NCBI GenBank assembly: GCA_963691875.1
Contig: OY829846.1
Coordinates: 1,824,001-1,888,000, forward strand
Source: Aureliella sp.
GTDB lineage: Bacteria; Planctomycetota; Planctomycetia; Pirellulales; Pirellulaceae
Direction of reading: 5' to 3'
DNA length: 64,000 bases
Part shown: piece after piece, positions 60,942 through 64,000 of the stretch
How positions within the stretch are numbered: the stretch's first letter is position 1
Layout: each line of letters starts with the position of its first letter
The notes under the pieces: model-generated
What the model saw: only the letters and a program-made list of their open reading frames with translations
What the model was told of the DNA's origin: nothing
Databases searched by the model: none
Made by a program: the position numbers and the translations under genes

Positions 60942-61482
60942 CAAGACTTCAAGCAAAGCTTTTCGTGTAGCACCAACATCACTCTTTCTTCACAGTGGCT
61001 TACACAAATCGTCTTAGCCCTCATTCGGCCCCTCTATTCCCGGCTGGGCACACAAAATGGCAACCATGCTGCTCAGCCATAGGAAAGTAGCCTGGATTGT
61101 AGCCCCCTACTCTAGCCATCGTTCCAATCGCGGCACCCGAACATAGAGCCGTTGTTTGCAGTAGAGGAGAAAGTCCGAATCCGATTGCAAGACCGTTGAG
61201 GACTGAAACAGCGGTCGCACCAGATCGAGTCACTAGCTTAGTTGTCGACTTTGCAATGGCTGAAAATGCGAACATCCACAATGAATGTTGAGCCAAGCAA
61301 CTTCACCTACCACAGGCACTGAATGCGACGTGAGGGCGCAGTCGAAGGAATTAGAAGCAGTGTGAACATTTGCACAGCTTGGACCTAGTGAGATGGTAGA
61401 TTCTATCGACGTTTTTGTTTGAATCAAATACAGCGAGGGAACATTCAGGGCTATCTATGTGCAAGTTGCCCACCCGAGAGCA

Positions 61483-61498
61483 CACTGACAAGTCAGTG
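61483..61498 (-). terminator. Inverted repeat CACTGAC-aa-GTCAGTG just downstream of the DUF1501 stop
   Basis: On the minus strand it forms a 6-bp stem with a CUUG loop about 19 nt after the stop at 61517. It could instead be an operator. Confidence 0.35.
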
Positions 61499-61516
61499 CC
61501 AGGCAAAGCCCAAGCA

Positions 61517-62974
61517 TTAGATTATTTCGTGCACGACTTCACCGTGCACATCGGTGAGTCGATAGCGGCGGCCTTGATACTTGAAGGTCAGTCGCTGGTG
61601 GTCGATGCCTAGCTGGTGAAGCAGTGTGGCGTTTAGATCGTGAATGTGTACGGGGCGTTCCACAACATTGTAGCTGTACTCATCAGTGGTTCCGATAGAC
61701 ATTCCTGGTTTGATGCCACCGCCGGCAAGCCACATGGTCGAACAACGAGGATGATGGTCGCGACCGTAGTTGTTTGCCGTCAGTTTTCCTTGGCTGTAAG
61801 CCGTTCGTCCGAACTCGCCGCCCCAAACAACGAGCGTATCGTCAAGCATACCTCGCTGCCGAAGATCCTCGACCAAAGCTGCAGAGGCTTGATCTGTTTC
61901 TTGGCATTGCCGAGTAATGGCTCCAGGCAGTCCACCATGCTGATCCCACCCTTGGTGGAACAATTGGACGCATCTCACATCGCGTTCGAGTAATCGACGG
62001 GCGAGCAAACAGTTTGCCGCGAAAGTGCCTGGTATCTTCGCGTCGGAGCCGTAGAGTTCCAGCACATGCTGTGGCTCGTCGGAGATGTCCGCAACTTCAG
62101 GAACGGAAGCCTGCATTCGAAAAGCCATCTCGCTTTGCGCGATACGCGATTCAATCACAGGATCAAGCCGCTTTTCAAGTTCAAGCTGATGCAACTGGTT
62201 CATGTGATCCAGCAAGTTCCGCCGACTTTCACGCGAGATGCCAGGTGGATTGTTCAGATAAAGAACTGGATCGTGCCCGGCGCGAAATTGAACACCTTGA
62301 TGATTGGCAGGCAAAAAGCCACTTCCCCAGAGTCTCGAATAGAGTGGCTGTCCGCCTTTGTTCTTCGTCACCATCACGCAAAAAGATGGCAAATTTTCAT
62401 TCGTAGTACCAAGCCCGTAGTCCAGCCAAGCACCAAGCGAGGGACGTCCCGCGATTTGCGAACCAGTTTGAATAAAGGTAATAGCTGGATCGTGATTGAT
62501 AGCTTCGGTGTAAACCGTTTTCACGAAGCAAATTTGATCGGCGATCTTTGCCGTGTGAGGCAATAATTCGCTCAGCCAAGCACCGCTTTCACCGTGCTGC
62601 GAAAACTTGAATTTCGAGCCTGCCAATGGCAGAGTGGCTTGATTGCCGGACATGCCAGTTAGCCGCTGGCCCATCCGGACGGATGCCGGGAGTTCCATTC
62701 CGTTTTGCTTGACCAATTCTGGCTTGTGGTCAAACAAGTCGATCTGCGAAGGCCCGCCGCTTTGAAACAGATAAACGATTCGTTTTGCTTTGGGTTGGTG
62801 ATGAAACTGCGAAAGCAATCCACCTGCCGAGTCATTCGTCAGACTCGCATCGCTAGCGGACAGGCTGCGGGCCAGGATCTGTGATGCTGCGAATGTCCCA
62901 ACTCCGAGCGAAGTGCGTCCGAAGAAGTGACGCCGAGTTTGGGAATTGAGTTGGTGATTCAGATGGTCGTGCAT
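61517..62974 (-). CDS. DUF1501 protein (Tat-exported)
   Basis: 'TRRHFF', 'AKRIVYLFQSGGPSQIDLFDHKP', 'WGGEFGRT', 'GRDHHP'. Confidence 0.95.
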   Translation of the reverse strand: MHDHLNHQLNSQTRRHFFGRTSLGVGTFAASQILARSLSASDASLTNDSAGGLLSQFHHQPKAKRIVYLFQSGGPSQIDLFDHKPELVKQNGMELPASVRMGQRLTGMSGNQATLPLAGSKFKFSQHGESGAWLSELLPHTAKIADQICFVKTVYTEAINHDPAITFIQTGSQIAGRPSLGAWLDYGLGTTNENLPSFCVMVTKNKGGQPLYSRLWGSGFLPANHQGVQFRAGHDPVLYLNNPPGISRESRRNLLDHMNQLHQLELEKRLDPVIESRIAQSEMAFRMQASVPEVADISDEPQHVLELYGSDAKIPGTFAANCLLARRLLERDVRCVQLFHQGWDQHGGLPGAITRQCQETDQASAALVEDLRQRGMLDDTLVVWGGEFGRTAYSQGKLTANNYGRDHHPRCSTMWLAGGGIKPGMSIGTTDEYSYNVVERPVHIHDLNATLLHQLGIDHQRLTFKYQGRRYRLTDVHGEVVHEII

Positions 62975-63015
62975 GATCGATTTGATGCGTTGTAGCGAAT
63001 CTTCTTCTCTTAGTT

Positions 63016-64000
63016 CTAGCGTTTCATTACAGTTTCGTCGTAGCTCATCAGTCCTTCCGCAACGACGGAGAGGGCCGCGAGCTCTATTTCCGAAACTCCT
63101 GCTGCGGCCCGATGATCGCCGACTTGCAAGAGCTGTTTCGCGGCGTCCTCGTGCTCTTTGAAATACGTCAGTTGGTCGTCGTAGAGGGAAGTGAGAACTT
63201 GCAATTCTCTTTCCGATGGCACTCGCGAAATCAAAGCACGGAATAGCTTGCGAATACGGGTCTCTGATGAAGTTTCATTCTCTGTCGCATTGGCGGCCAA
63301 TGCCCGCGCGGCTTCTAAGTACTGCGGGTCATTTAGCAGCACCAGTACTTGCATCGGCGTCATAGTTACCTGACGCTTGACCACACAGACTTCGCGGTTG
63401 CTGGCGTCGAAGGTCATCATCGATGGCGGTGGTGAAGTCCTTTTCCAGTAGGTGTATAAGCTGCGGCGCCGGCTGCCTTCCCCCTTTTCCCGAGTGTAAG
63501 TCTGACCTGATTTTTCCTTCCATAATCCTGCGGGTTGATAAGGTTTGACCGGCGGACCACCGAGCTTTTCAACCAAGAGTCCGCTAGCCGAGAGAGCTGC
63601 GTCGCGAATCATCTCAGCTGGCAGTCGCATTGCAGGTCCGCGTGCAAGCCAAGTGTTCTCAGGATCTTTCTCAAGCAGTTCTGCCGTGGGATTCGATTGT
63701 CGGCGGTACGCATCCGACATGACAATACGCTTGACCAGCAATTTCACGTCCCAGCCAGATTCGACGAATTCAACGGCTAGCCAATCCAGCAATTCTGGAT
63801 GCGTGGGCAAACTCCCCTGCAGACCGAAGTCTTCCGAAGTGCGGACCAAGCCTTGGCCGAACAATGCCTGCCAGATCCGATTGACTACGACGCGGGCTGT
63901 CAGTGGATGCTGTGGATCAACCAGCCACTGTGCCAGGTCAAGCCGATTGGGACGCTTGCCAAAACTATCACTCGCGAATCCGCCAGAAAGCGATTCAGGA
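63016..64000 (-). CDS. DUF1553 (PSD1) protein, C-terminal part; 5' end lies outside the window
   Basis: '[29 protein letters not shown]', '[10 protein letters not shown]', '[12 protein letters not shown]', '[11 protein letters not shown]'. Confidence 0.93.
   Translation of the reverse strand, partial: PESLSGGFASDSFGKRPNRLDLAQWLVDPQHPLTARVVVNRIWQALFGQGLVRTSEDFGLQGSLPTHPELLDWLAVEFVESGWDVKLLVKRIVMSDAYRRQSNPTAELLEKDPENTWLARGPAMRLPAEMIRDAALSASGLLVEKLGGPPVKPYQPAGLWKEKSGQTYTREKGEGSRRRSLYTYWKRTSPPPSMMTFDASNREVCVVKRQVTMTPMQVLVLLNDPQYLEAARALAANATENETSSETRIRKLFRALISRVPSERELQVLTSLYDDQLTYFKEHEDAAKQLLQVGDHRAAAGVSEIELAALSVVAEGLMSYDETVMKR

Overview
A gene-dense, roughly mid-GC bacterial chromosome segment with a strong Planctomycetota (Pirellulaceae-like) signature. 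It carries two DUF1553/DUF1549-DUF1501 pairs, a DUF1592-DUF1552 pair, a surface protein with the planctomycete 'EPRLLLA' motif and SdrD-B repeats, two CxPxR sulfatases, DUF1080 and ThuA proteins, and L-fuconate dehydratase. It also has a TetR-RND efflux operon, leuB, trmK, comF, a c-di-GMP enzyme and a hybrid kinase. I saw no rRNA, tRNA, CRISPR array, IS or prophage. The best candidates for an undescribed system are two. (1) A secreted DUF1080-PA14-pentaheme cytochrome c fusion is co-oriented with a beta-propeller protein and a second DUF1080, which suggests a periplasmic oxidative glycoside-processing module. (2) A tandem pair of divergent PF10127 (RlaP-type) nucleotidyltransferases has no RNA-ligase partner nearby. 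Reading the gaps by hand also gave an uncalled 55-aa NPYxxP membrane microprotein, at least four decayed pseudogenes and candidate operator sites. All family assignments come from motif recognition by eye, not database searches.
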